From: an uncultured Phycisphaerales bacterium
Lineage (GTDB): Bacteria; Planctomycetota; Phycisphaerae; Tepidisphaerales; Tepidisphaeraceae
DNA: 64,000 nucleotides
Reading direction: 5' to 3'
Assembly (NCBI GenBank): GCA_963844715.1
Contig: CAWJPJ010000006.1
Coordinates: 544,001-608,000 of the forward strand
Every line of letters starts with the position of its first letter. Position 1 is the stretch's first letter. Under the pieces are notes generated by a model that was not told where the DNA came from, ran no database searches, and saw only the letters and a list, made by a program, of their open reading frames with translations. Both the position numbers and the translations under genes were made by a program. Shown piece after piece: positions 18,542 to 28,468 of the stretch.

Positions 18542-20017
18542 TTATAATCCTGTCAGAATAACCCCAGCGCGCCCGTCGCTTTCGGGTGCTCCAACATCCG
18601 CCCTTTTTCTAAGCCGACGCTTGCACGACTGAACCGGCAGCTTCCCCGCTTCCCATCCCGCAATCCCAGCCGCAATTTCGCTCACGTGCGGAAACCCGCG
18701 CCTCTTCAGCAAACTCGCGGCAATGGACGACCGATACCCGCCCGCGCAATAAACCACGACCGGACGATCCTTCGGCAGTTTTTCCGCGCTTTCAGCCAGG
18801 CGATTGAGCGGAATGCTCAAACTCCCGGCGATGTGCTTTTTTTCGCGCTCGCCCGGCGTGCGAACGTCGATCAGCAGTGGCGCGCCCGACGAGGATAGAT
18901 ACTCCGCCGCGAGCGGGGCGCTCAGCCGCTTCGTATCGGCCGTGAGGTCCGGGCGCGATTTCAGGCTTTCCAAACCGTCTTTCAAATATCCGGCAATGTG
19001 ATCGAATCCAATGCGCCCCAGGCGAACCGCCGCCTCGCGCTCGCGGCCGGGGGTTGCGATGATCACGATCGGATGCTCGCGATCCAGCACGGTCCCAACC
19101 CAGGTCGCATATTGGCCGCCCAGACCGATATTGATGCTTCCCGCCAAATGCGCGGAAGCAAATTCGGCGGGATCGCGCGTGTCGAGAATCTGAGCGCCCT
19201 TGACCCTGCAACCGCAACACGTCATCCAGTGTGAGGGCGATCATCTCGCGCGCCAAGGCTTCGTCGAGCGTGGGGCGCTCCGCGCTGTTCAGAACCGCAT
19301 CGTAATTAAAATACGCGGGAGCCTCCGGCTGATCCGCGGTGACCACCTGAATAAACGCTTCCTTACCCATCGGCTGCAAGGCGTAATTCGAACGCCGCTG
19401 CTCGCCAAGCGTCGACACCGTCTCCTTGCTCAGCGCCTTCCCGCACAGCGAGCCGGCGCCGTGAGCGGGATAAACCAAACTTTCGTCCGGCAGCGCCAGC
19501 AGCTTGGTGTGCAGTGAATCGAAAAGCATGCCGGCAAGATCCGTCGCCGACCAACCCAGCGCCGCGCAGATCGGGCCGACCCACGTCGCCAATGAATAGC
19601 GTGTCCCCCGTGAGCACGGCGTGGGGGCTGCTCACCGCTGACGCTCAGGTCGTAGATAACGATCGAGATCGATTCCCGCGTATGCCCCGGCGTTTCCAGA
19701 ACCTTCAATCGTACCCGCCCGAACTCCAGAACATCCCCATCGCCAAAAGCAGTAAATGCGTAGGATGCCTTCGCGGCCGCCCCCAGGCAGATCGCGGCGC
19801 CGGCGCGATCGCGCAATTCAAGATGCCCGGCAACGAAATCGGCGTGCAGATGCGTCAGGAACACGTACTTGATCGCCAGCCCATTCTCGCCGGCAAACGC
19901 AACGTATTGGTCCGTGTCGCGCTGCGGATCAACAACGACGGCGGTACCCGTCTCCTCATCCCCAATGATGTACGACGCATGCGCCAGGCATGGCAGGTAG
20001 AACTGCTTGAGGATCAA
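18542..20017 (-). CDS. MBL-fold persulfide dioxygenase-rhodanese fusion (CstB-like), about 3 frameshifts
   Basis: THLHADF; TPGHT; TGDTLFIGDVGRPDL; YPAHGAGSLCG; two rhodanese domains, the last with CAGGYRS. Confidence 0.85.
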
Positions 20018-20043
20018 CAGACACCATCCTCGCTTGCAAATTT

Positions 20044-20700
20044 CTACTTCGGCTGCGGGACCAGCCGCAGATAGGGCCGCGGCGCCTTCCAGCCGCCGGG
20101 GTATTTCTGTTTCGCTTCGTCATCCGAAACGGCCGGCAGAATGATCACGTCTTCCCCCTGCTTCCAGTTCACCGGCGTCGCGACCTTATGCTTGGCCGTT
20201 AGTTGCATCGAATCCAGAATGCGCATCACTTCGTCAAAATTGCACCCCGTGCTCATAGGGTAGACGAGCATCAGCTTAATCTTCTTGTCCGGGCCAACCA
20301 TGAACACCGTGCGAACTGTCGCATTGTCCGCCGCGGTGCGCCCCTCGCAGGATTCCCCGCTCTCAGCCGGCAGCATTCCGTACATCTTGGAAATCTTGAG
20401 ATCCGGATCGCCGATCATCGGATAGTTCACTTTGTGGCCCTGCGTCTCCTCGATGTCCGACGCCCACGATTTGTGCTTGCTTACCGGGTCCACGCTCAGT
20501 CCAATGATCTTGCAATTGCGCTTCTCAAACTCCGGCTGCAACCCGGCCATATAGCCCAGCTCGGTCGTGCAGACCGGCGTGAAGTCCTTGGGATGCGAAA
20601 ATAGGATCGCCCAGCCATTCCCGATCCACTCGTGAAAGTTAATCGTTCCCTGCGAAGTCTCGGCGGTAAAATTGAGGGCTATATCGTTGATGCGCAACAT
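20044..20700 (-). CDS. 1-Cys peroxiredoxin (Prx6 family)
   Basis: FSHPKDFTPVCTTE; ATPVNW; PYLR. Confidence 0.95.
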   Translation of the reverse strand: MLRINDIALNFTAETSQGTINFHEWIGNGWAILFSHPKDFTPVCTTELGYMAGLQPEFEKRNCKIIGLSVDPVSKHKSWASDIEETQGHKVNYPMIGDPDLKISKMYGMLPAESGESCEGRTAADNATVRTVFMVGPDKKIKLMLVYPMSTGCNFDEVMRILDSMQLTAKHKVATPVNWKQGEDVIILPAVSDDEAKQKYPGGWKAPRPYLRLVPQPK

Positions 20701-21006
20701 GCTGTGGCTCCAGGTAGGTAATGCCGGTTCGAAAAGCCGCTCCGCCGCCGCGGCGTCGCGCTGAGCCCGGCAGTCTGCCAAGCCAGACGTACGACAGGCA
20801 AACTTTTTCGGGGGGCAAGGGCAATTCTTGCGAGGGAAATGAAGGGCGCGGTGACTCTATCCAGTCAGGCCACACAAAATCTTGATTTTGGCTTTGAAAA
20901 TTGAGAAAAGCTTTCAGTGGCGTCCCCAGCCGAGCCCATAAGGGCTAGATTGTAACACGTGCCGTTTTCCTTCGCCCCATGAAACGCCATCGAAAGAAGC
21001 CGGTCG

Positions 21007-21585
21007 ATGCCGAAACCCTGGCCTTCTGGCAGGCGCGGGGTCCTTATTCGGCAGCGGCTCCATGACACGCCCGCCGCGGCAGATGCCTGGTTTTGGAAAA
21101 TCCAGTGCGACATCATCGACTTTTTGCTCAATCGTTACAGCGAAACAAATGTTCGCCCGACCGCAAACCCCGCTGCCTCAATTGCTGCCGATTTAGCCAA
21201 GACGTTAGCTCCCGCGCCGGTTGAGTCGTCGCGCTCCGATTCCTTTCCCGACAGCGCCGACGTCAGCAAGATGCCGCGAAAATCCGAGAAGATCGCGCCG
21301 CTCCTTCAGAAGATTTCGCAAGCCAACCAGGATCGTTATGAGTTGGCGCACCGCCTCGAGGCGGAGGCAAAGGAGGCACTGCGCTTGCAGATCAAGGAAA
21401 GCCGCGCGGTCACGGAGCGGGTTCTGCAGCTCATCGAAAAATACGACCTGCGGTACGATCCAGACGCGGAAAACAGACCCCCGCCGGATTTCATCGAAAC
21501 TGACGAAGAGTTGCCCGAGGAAATCCGGCGGGTTTTGGCACTGGATTCACCTCCGCGATCCGACCGTACGGACCAAGAACAATAG
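21007..21585 (+). CDS. Hypothetical protein
   Basis: 192-aa ORF with helical charged C-terminal half; start uncertain. Confidence 0.45.
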   Translation: MPKPWPSGRRGVLIRQRLHDTPAAADAWFWKIQCDIIDFLLNRYSETNVRPTANPAASIAADLAKTLAPAPVESSRSDSFPDSADVSKMPRKSEKIAPLLQKISQANQDRYELAHRLEAEAKEALRLQIKESRAVTERVLQLIEKYDLRYDPDAENRPPPDFIETDEELPEEIRRVLALDSPPRSDRTDQEQ

Positions 21586-21716
21586 CTCACGCCCGCTGCG
21601 TAGTGCCGAGACGCCCCAACAGCTTGCTTTTGTAACCTTTTATTGCTACATTCGCTGGCTGCGCTTTGAATACTCTTTTCGCACGTCGGGTGTTTGCACG
21701 GGCGCAAGGGACGTCT

Positions 21717-23048
21717 ATGCATTTCACGATATCACTTCTCGCAATCGTGGCAATCGCCGTCATCCTGGCCTTGGCAGGCTGCACTTCCAATCAGCCTTTT
21801 CGAACCAACTTCGAGCCGACCGGCGGCGATCCCAACAAAGCCGTCATCGAATCCAACGCCGATTTCAAGCTCGGCTACATCGAATTCGACGATCAGGGTT
21901 GCCTGTGGGATGACCGGCAGCGCACCGTCGTCGAACAAATGATCCGCGACGAAGCGGGCATCGGCTCCTCCAATCCCCAGGGAATTATTCTCGTTGCGTT
22001 CGTGCACGGCTGGAAAGACAACGCCTCATATGACGGCGCCGGCGTCTCCGCCTGCAAACAAATTCTGACGCAACTTAGCGCCGCCGAGCAGGTCCAGACC
22101 GATCATCCGGCGAGAAAAGTTGTCGGCGTCTATCTCGGCTGGCGAGGATTGTCCGAAACCATCGAGCCCTTTGAGGAACTCAGCTTCTGGGGCCGAAAAA
22201 ATACCGCCCACAAGGTAGGCGGTTACGGCGCGATGACCGCTTTGCTCGTCGATTTGGAAAATATCCAGAAGGCGAGCCTCATTTCTCTCCCGGTGAACGC
22301 GCCGCGGACCGAATTCATTATCATCGGCCACAGCTTTGGCGGGGCCGCGGTCTACTCCGCCCTATCCCAAATCATCACCGAGCGGTTCGTCAACACCCTC
22401 CAAAAGCAACCGCCACAGCGCTTAAGCCCGCTTGGCGACCAGATCATTTTGCTCAACCCCGCTTTCGAGGCCCTTCGCCACTGGGATTTGAACCAGATGG
22501 CCCTGGCCATCCAGCAATATCCCCAGGACCAAAGACCAGTTCTTTCCATTTTCACCAGCCAGGGAGATTGGGCGACGCATTATATGTTTCCCATCGGACA
22601 ATTCTTTTCAACGCTGCTCGATAGAAGCCGCGATAGCGAACAATGGACCGCGGGCTCGGAAACCGTCGGCTGGTATAAGCCATTTTTAACTCACGATCTG
22701 GAATACAAAACCCCAGCCTCGCCCGCCGATATGCAAACCAGCACGCTCAATCCCACCACTCACAAACACGAATTCCACAACCGCACGCAGTTAATGCTTT
22801 CCCTGAACAACGTGAAAGCTCAGCGGGCGAAATGGAATCCCAATGGGCCGGCCGCCCGAACCTACACTTTCGACGACACGGTATTGAAACCCATCGCAAG
22901 CTTCCATCCGGGCGACCCGTTCCTGATCGTTTCCGTCGACCCCCACATCATGGCCGATCACAGTGACATCGCAAACCCGGTGCTGATCAATTTTATTCGC
23001 GAATACGTGCAGTTCTGCCAGATTGACGCCAAGGACCACACGAAATAG
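21717..23048 (+). CDS. Lipoprotein, alpha/beta-hydrolase (esterase-like)
   Basis: Lipobox LAGC; GYIEFDDQG; FVHGW; nucleophile elbow GHSFG; LLNPAFE; HSDI. Confidence 0.8.
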   Translation: MHFTISLLAIVAIAVILALAGCTSNQPFRTNFEPTGGDPNKAVIESNADFKLGYIEFDDQGCLWDDRQRTVVEQMIRDEAGIGSSNPQGIILVAFVHGWKDNASYDGAGVSACKQILTQLSAAEQVQTDHPARKVVGVYLGWRGLSETIEPFEELSFWGRKNTAHKVGGYGAMTALLVDLENIQKASLISLPVNAPRTEFIIIGHSFGGAAVYSALSQIITERFVNTLQKQPPQRLSPLGDQIILLNPAFEALRHWDLNQMALAIQQYPQDQRPVLSIFTSQGDWATHYMFPIGQFFSTLLDRSRDSEQWTAGSETVGWYKPFLTHDLEYKTPASPADMQTSTLNPTTHKHEFHNRTQLMLSLNNVKAQRAKWNPNGPAARTYTFDDTVLKPIASFHPGDPFLIVSVDPHIMADHSDIANPVLINFIREYVQFCQIDAKDHTK

Positions 23049-23153
23049 CCGCCGCACGAAATTGCCACCGTGCGGAATAGCCGCAATGCCAGCCGCAATC
23101 TCCGCTTAATCCGAGCCGCTGTCCTTGCATGGCGACACAAATCCAAAATCGGC

Positions 23154-23203
23154 TTGACACTCCGTAACCATCCAGTTACCGTATAGGTAACCATATGGTT
23201 ACC
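23154..23203 (+). promoter_or_regulatory. Promoter with two tandem GTAAC-N6-GTTAC operators (ArsR autoregulation)
   Basis: TTGACA at 23154; gtaaccatccagttac at 23164-23179; perfect palindrome ggtaaccatatggttacc at 23186-23203 over the ATG. Confidence 0.75.
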
Positions 23204-23524
23204 GTTCGCCCCCGGAATCCCGACGCCGTGTTCAAAGCCCTCGCCGATCCCACGCGCCGCCAGATCCTGGGTATTCTTCGCGGCGGGGGGACCACCGTCG
23301 GCGAAATCGCCCGGAATTTCCGCACCAGCCGCCCCGCTATTTCCAGGCATCTGCGCCTCCTGCGCTCCGCGGGCTTGGTCGCCACGCACAAATGCGGCAC
23401 CGCGCGGATTTGCCGGCTCAACGCCAAACCCCTCCGCGTCGTCCAACATTGGATCGCCGATTATGAAACCTACTGGAATGACAATCTGCGCAGCTTGAAG
23501 AAATTCATCGAGGAAAACCCATGA
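23195..23524 (+). CDS. ArsR/SmtB-family transcriptional regulator
   Basis: FKALADPTRRQIL; SRPAISRHLRLLRSAGLV. Confidence 0.92.
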   Translation: MVTVRPRNPDAVFKALADPTRRQILGILRGGGTTVGEIARNFRTSRPAISRHLRLLRSAGLVATHKCGTARICRLNAKPLRVVQHWIADYETYWNDNLRSLKKFIEENP

Positions 23525-23969
23525 CTACTCCCACCAGCGAAAACGCCATAGTCGCCGAAATTGTCATCGGCTCCACCCCAGAGCCGCATTTTCCGGGCCC
23601 TCACCGATCCGGGACAGCGCACCCAATGGTGGGGATCGAAAGGCAAATTCGAAGTCAACCACATGGAATCCGACCTTCGTGTCGGCGGCGGCATGGCTCA
23701 TGAGCGGCATGGGAATGGAAGGAAAACCTTTTACGCTCCGCGGCCAGTATCGAGCCATCGATCCCCCTCGCCTCCTCGAATTCACATGGGTAACCGAATG
23801 GGGAGACGCGCCGACAATTGTCCGGTTCGATCTCGAGCGAGCCAACGGAGCCACCACCGTTCGCGTCACCCACTTTGGTTTCAAGGAAGAGACCGCCAAA
23901 CAGTTTTACCGTGGCTGGCCGCTCCTTCTGGCAAACCTGCGGGCCCACTCCGAAAAGAACCCCTTATGA
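23521..23969 (+). CDS. SRPBCC/AHA1-domain protein, two frameshifts
   Basis: RIFRALTDP-x4-QWW; DLRVGG; IDPPRLLEFTW; GWPLLLANL, spread over three ORFs. Confidence 0.8.
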
Positions 23970-24358
23970 AATCAAACCCAACCATCTATTGGATCACCAC
24001 CGCCGTCGTCGCGTTCGTCCTTATCTCCGGCGGCCTCGCCTACCTCATGCGCATCCCACCCGTCCTGGCGGGAATGGCCAAGCTGGGTTACCCGCCCTAC
24101 TTCGTGACGATCCTGGGAATCTGGAAAGTGCTCGGCGGAATCGTTTTGCTTGCCCCAGGCCTGTCACTTCTGAAGGAATGGGCTTACGCCGGTGCAATAT
24201 TCGACCTGACCGGCGCCGCAGCCTCGCATCTTGCCGTCGGCGATCCCGCCATCAAGATCGCCGTGCCGATTATCATTGCGGTAATCACACTCGCTTCGTG
24301 GTATTGGCGGCCCGTTTCGCGCCGCCTCGTCGTGTTCCCCCGCCCCTCACCAGCCTGA
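23966..24358 (+). CDS. DoxX-like membrane protein
   Basis: LGYPPYF; LKEWAYAG; GAAASH. Confidence 0.88.
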   Translation: MKSNPTIYWITTAVVAFVLISGGLAYLMRIPPVLAGMAKLGYPPYFVTILGIWKVLGGIVLLAPGLSLLKEWAYAGAIFDLTGAAASHLAVGDPAIKIAVPIIIAVITLASWYWRPVSRRLVVFPRPSPA

Positions 24359-24385
24359 TGAGACGGTCCCCGCCGCAATTGGCGA

Positions 24386-24931
24386 TCACTTGTGCTTGAT
24401 CGCGCCGAACATAGTCCTTCTCGTCCTGATCTGCCCCGCATGATAGACATCGTGCATCGCCATCACCCAAAAGAAATTCGCCGCCGACTTTTTACCGTGA
24501 TGATTGGGAATCGGCCGTTCCAGCGCCTCGTCGCCGCAAGATTCCAGGCACACCGTCAAAACTTTTTGCGCTTCTTCCAGGAGCCGGATCGCCCCGCCTA
24601 TTCCGTCGGCTAACTTCCAACCCCAAGCCGCCCCGCAAGGAAACTCTGACGGCAAATTCGCGGAATCCCCCTCGTCGTTCACATTCGGGTCAACCAACGG
24701 CATCGCCGTCCCAAACCCCTGCCGGCAAAACCGCGCCTTCGCCCAACCCACGTGCCGCACGATTTGCTCAATCGTCGGCATGGTCTCATCGACCCGCCAA
24801 GACGCCTCCTCTTGTGTGACCCCATCCAAAGAAGCCATCAAAGACATATCCGGCCGGCCGCGAAAGGCTTCGGCGGTTTCCTTGATGAGCAACTCTTTTG
24901 CGCTGAACATGCGATCGGAGATGGTAAGCAA
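24386..24931 (-). CDS. DinB-family protein
   Basis: TIEQIVRHV; MHDVYHAGQI; start may be 24910. Confidence 0.8.
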   Translation of the reverse strand: MLTISDRMFSAKELLIKETAEAFRGRPDMSLMASLDGVTQEEASWRVDETMPTIEQIVRHVGWAKARFCRQGFGTAMPLVDPNVNDEGDSANLPSEFPCGAAWGWKLADGIGGAIRLLEEAQKVLTVCLESCGDEALERPIPNHHGKKSAANFFWVMAMHDVYHAGQIRTRRTMFGAIKHK

Positions 24932-24988
24932 CCGAGCAAAGTTGCACCAGACACGGCTGTCTCCGGAATGGCTTACAGAGGCGAGCGA

Positions 24989-26050
24989 TTATTCCTTACC
25001 CTGCAACTGCAAAACCGTCCGCTGCTTGAGCTGCACGTTCGTGAACGAAAACCCCGTCATGATTCCCGTCCGCTTGTCATATTCCCAATCGCGCTCCCCG
25101 CACGGGCTCCCCTGGGTGATCACGACCGAGTTCCCGTTCACGCTCGACACGACCGTCTTCTGTTGCGTGATCGAATCCTGATCGATCACCTGGCCCTGCT
25201 GTAGATTCGCCAGCGACGCCGGTCCAAGCCACACGCCGCCGATTTGCGCGGCTCCGCTGGCGAACACGCTCTGGCTCGGTATCGGCGGGCTGTTGCCGAC
25301 CTGCACCTGCGTCGAATCGGTAAACAGCAGCCACCCGTTCCCGCGATCCGTGACGGTCATATCCAACGCCACGTTCGTCGGGACATTAACAAACGCGTTC
25401 TGATACTGAACGCTCCCGCGATAATGCAAAACCTTCACCGTCTTCACCCAATCGGGCGGCGGATCGTTCGCCCACGGAAGGCCCAGATCGCGCATCCCCA
25501 GAAAATCCCCATCCGCGGCCGTCCCGCCGGCGCCCTGCGTCGCAAAGTGATAGCAAAACCCCGTCTTGGCATCGAAGACGTGATTCTCATAACTCGTCGG
25601 CGTCTGCACCACCCACTGAATGCAGTCCACATTCCCGCCCGGAGTCTTCCACGAGACGTGCGCCACCGTCTGCCCCTGGCTCGGGTCGTTCGGCAGCGTC
25701 GCCAGCTTCGACGGCGCAATCCAATAATCCGTGTACTGTTCCAGCGTCCCCACAAATCCGTTGATCCCCTCCATCGGCACGGGAGCCGCGAATCCCATCG
25801 TCCGCAGATCGGCAAACGTCTGGCTCACGCCGATCACTTTATCCCCATCCACCGCCACGATCGTCGCCTCGGCGATTCCGCCCCCGGCCACGCCCCGGCC
25901 GTCGGGGCTCAGTTTTCCCGATTGCCATGTGCCGCAAAATGTCAGCCCGGGATGCTCCCAATTCTGATCGGCCCGCGCAATTCGCGGGCCAACCAGAAAT
26001 AGAGTTACCAAAATCGCCCCAAACGCCGTCGAAGCCCGCCGCATGTTCAT
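24989..26050 (-). CDS. Secreted hypothetical protein
   Basis: Signal peptide ending ARA; beta-rich; two similar FDAKTG/YDKRTG motifs. Confidence 0.7.
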   Translation of the reverse strand: MNMRRASTAFGAILVTLFLVGPRIARADQNWEHPGLTFCGTWQSGKLSPDGRGVAGGGIAEATIVAVDGDKVIGVSQTFADLRTMGFAAPVPMEGINGFVGTLEQYTDYWIAPSKLATLPNDPSQGQTVAHVSWKTPGGNVDCIQWVVQTPTSYENHVFDAKTGFCYHFATQGAGGTAADGDFLGMRDLGLPWANDPPPDWVKTVKVLHYRGSVQYQNAFVNVPTNVALDMTVTDRGNGWLLFTDSTQVQVGNSPPIPSQSVFASGAAQIGGVWLGPASLANLQQGQVIDQDSITQQKTVVSSVNGNSVVITQGSPCGERDWEYDKRTGIMTGFSFTNVQLKQRTVLQLQGKE

Positions 26051-26078
26051 CGAACTGCCTCCCGAATGTCATCCCCTT

Positions 26079-26885
26079 CTATTTTCCGACCGGCTGCAAT
26101 TCCTTCCCTTCGAGCGTGATCGCGACCCGCCGGCCAAACCACGACCGCTCCCCGCCGCCGTACATCTCCTCGAGCACCAGTGCGACCTGCGCCATATCCC
26201 CATCCGCCGCGACCCATCCACCAGCCACGTCCGGAAAATCCGTCGCGCAGTTCGCGCATTTTTTGCTGTGGTCAAACCGGATCGGGCACCAGAACGACTC
26301 GACGTTGCGAAGCATCTCCGAGCCGAGCGACCACACTCCGGTCATCCAATCGCAATAAAGGCACCAGATTCGATCGTGCCCGACAAGTCCGCGAAACTTA
26401 TGCCGCGACACATTCACCCACTGGGCCGATTCATACTTGGGCAATCCGACGAGCTTCGAAATAATCGGGTACACAATCAACTCGGCGACTCGTACGACCC
26501 AAAACATCGGCGTCAGCGTGGCCGTCGTCCAAAGCGCGGCATGATTTCGCCATCTCCCGACGATTCGATTAAGCACCTTCACAATCCTCGGCCCGCGCAT
26601 CGACTTTCGATTCGCCAACTCGTGCACATAAGTCCAGATCAGCACCCCGGCCACCTGCCCGACAATCGCCCCGGCAAATCCGCGCCACCCCGCCACAATC
26701 GGCCCAAAAAACAACGGCGCAATCGTGAAATATGTGATCAGAAGATCCAACCCCGGCGCCCGGCACAGCGCCGCCGCCGCTTTCCGCCCGGGACGCCCCA
26801 GCGTTGGAAGCACATGCAAAAACCCCGCTCCGACCAGCAGCGCCGCGCAAACTTCGCCCGCCACCGTCAAGAATGGTAAGTGCAT
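26079..26885 (-). CDS. Membrane protein with conserved Cys motifs, function unknown
   Basis: About 4-5 TM helices; WCLYCDW; FWCPIRF; KKCANC. Confidence 0.75.
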   Translation of the reverse strand: MHLPFLTVAGEVCAALLVGAGFLHVLPTLGRPGRKAAAALCRAPGLDLLITYFTIAPLFFGPIVAGWRGFAGAIVGQVAGVLIWTYVHELANRKSMRGPRIVKVLNRIVGRWRNHAALWTTATLTPMFWVVRVAELIVYPIISKLVGLPKYESAQWVNVSRHKFRGLVGHDRIWCLYCDWMTGVWSLGSEMLRNVESFWCPIRFDHSKKCANCATDFPDVAGGWVAADGDMAQVALVLEEMYGGGERSWFGRRVAITLEGKELQPVGK

Positions 26886-27049
26886 TTATTCAGCTTACCC
26901 GGCAAGGCCGCCCATTGACACCCGATCGCCGCGTCTCCCCGGTGCGCCGCAGCCACGTCCGCGAGCTATTCGCTTTCCAAAACTAGGACATAACTCTTCA
27001 TTTACGTATCATCCGGCCCCGAGGCATTTCACAACCTGGGAGCATCCCC

Positions 27050-28051
27050 ATGATCTGGATTTGGATCGGCTTCATGCTCCTGGTGATCGGCATGCTCGCC
27101 CTCGACCTGGGCGTCTTCCGTCGCAAAGACCACGTCGTCGGAACCAGGGAGGGCCTGATCTGGACCGCCGTCTGGATCGGCATGGGGCTGGCCTTCAGCA
27201 TTTTCGTCTACTACGCCTACGGGCACCACTGGGCCGGCCTGGGGAACGACATTGACGAAGTCACCGGCGCGACCACTGGCGGCGGCGAAGCGGTCCTCAA
27301 ATATCTCACCGGCTACGTCCTGGAGAAATCCCTCTCTGTCGACAACATCTTCGTCATCTCCATGATCTTCACGTCCTTTGCGATCCCGGCCCAATATCAG
27401 CACCGCGTCCTCGTCTGGGGCGTCATCGGCGCGATCGTCATGCGCGCCGTCATGATCCTCGTCGGCGCCGAGATCATCGAGGAGCACCATTGGGTCATCT
27501 ACGTCTTCGGCGTTCTGCTCGTCGCCACCGCGATCAAAATGCTTTCGATGAAAAGCGCCCCCTCTCGGCCCGCGGACAACCCAATCGTCAAAATCGTCCG
27601 CAAGCTCTTCCCCGTCGCCAATGAATTCCACGGAAATCACTTCTTTGTGAATCTCCCCAACGTCGGCTGGGCGCTGACGCCCCTGGCACTGGCGCTGATC
27701 GCCGTCGAGGCGACCGATCTTCTCTTTGCCGTCGATTCAGTTCCCGCGATTTTCGCCGTCACGTCCGATCCGTTTCTCGTTTTCACCAGCAACGTCTTCG
27801 CCATGCTCGGACTCAGAGCCCTCTATTTCGCGCTGGCAGGCCTTATCACGCGCTTCAAATACCTAAAGACGTCCCTCGCCCTGGTCCTGGCCGTCGTCGG
27901 GGTCAAGATGCTCGTCGCCTCCTGGCTCAAGGAAGTTTTCGGTTCCTGGATCCAAATTGTGCTCCTGGCCGTCGTCCTGCTGATTGTGGGCGGCGGAGTC
28001 GCCCTTTCCTGGATCGCCGATCGGCGCCTCTCGCGCCCGGGAGCCCCCTGA
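27050..28051 (+). CDS. TerC/Alx-family metal homeostasis membrane protein
   Basis: EKSLSVDNIFV; DLLFAVDSVPA; SNVFAMLGLRALYF. Confidence 0.95.
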   Translation: MIWIWIGFMLLVIGMLALDLGVFRRKDHVVGTREGLIWTAVWIGMGLAFSIFVYYAYGHHWAGLGNDIDEVTGATTGGGEAVLKYLTGYVLEKSLSVDNIFVISMIFTSFAIPAQYQHRVLVWGVIGAIVMRAVMILVGAEIIEEHHWVIYVFGVLLVATAIKMLSMKSAPSRPADNPIVKIVRKLFPVANEFHGNHFFVNLPNVGWALTPLALALIAVEATDLLFAVDSVPAIFAVTSDPFLVFTSNVFAMLGLRALYFALAGLITRFKYLKTSLALVLAVVGVKMLVASWLKEVFGSWIQIVLLAVVLLIVGGGVALSWIADRRLSRPGAP

Positions 28052-28458
28052 TGCTCGCCTGGCTGAGAATCCACGGCTGGTGGCTGGCCATCCTCTCGAG
28101 CATCCTCAGCATCGCCGTCGGCGCGATCGGCCTCTGGCTTCTGGTCCGCCTTCCCGAAGATCACTTCCTCCGCTCCGGCGAAGACCCCGCCCCGCCGGGA
28201 CGCCACCCCGCTCTTCATCTCGCCCTGATGATTTTGAAGAATCTAATCGGCGGGATGATCGTCCTTCTTGGCGCACTCATGTCCCTCCCCCTAGTCCCCG
28301 GACCCGGCATCGTCATGCTGATCCTCGGCCTATCCCTGATGAGCTTCCCCGGAAAACGGAAATTGGAATTGAAACTCCTGAAAATCCCCCTGGCCCTCGA
28401 CGCCGTAAACTGGCTGCGCCGCCGCAATGGCCGTGCGCCGTTTCGCCTGCCAGACTAG
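28051..28458 (+). CDS. PGPGW-domain membrane protein
   Basis: KNLIG...VPGPG..FPGKRKLE; start overlaps the terC stop. Confidence 0.8.
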   Translation: MLAWLRIHGWWLAILSSILSIAVGAIGLWLLVRLPEDHFLRSGEDPAPPGRHPALHLALMILKNLIGGMIVLLGALMSLPLVPGPGIVMLILGLSLMSFPGKRKLELKLLKIPLALDAVNWLRRRNGRAPFRLPD

Positions 28459-28468
28459 CTGGTAAGTC

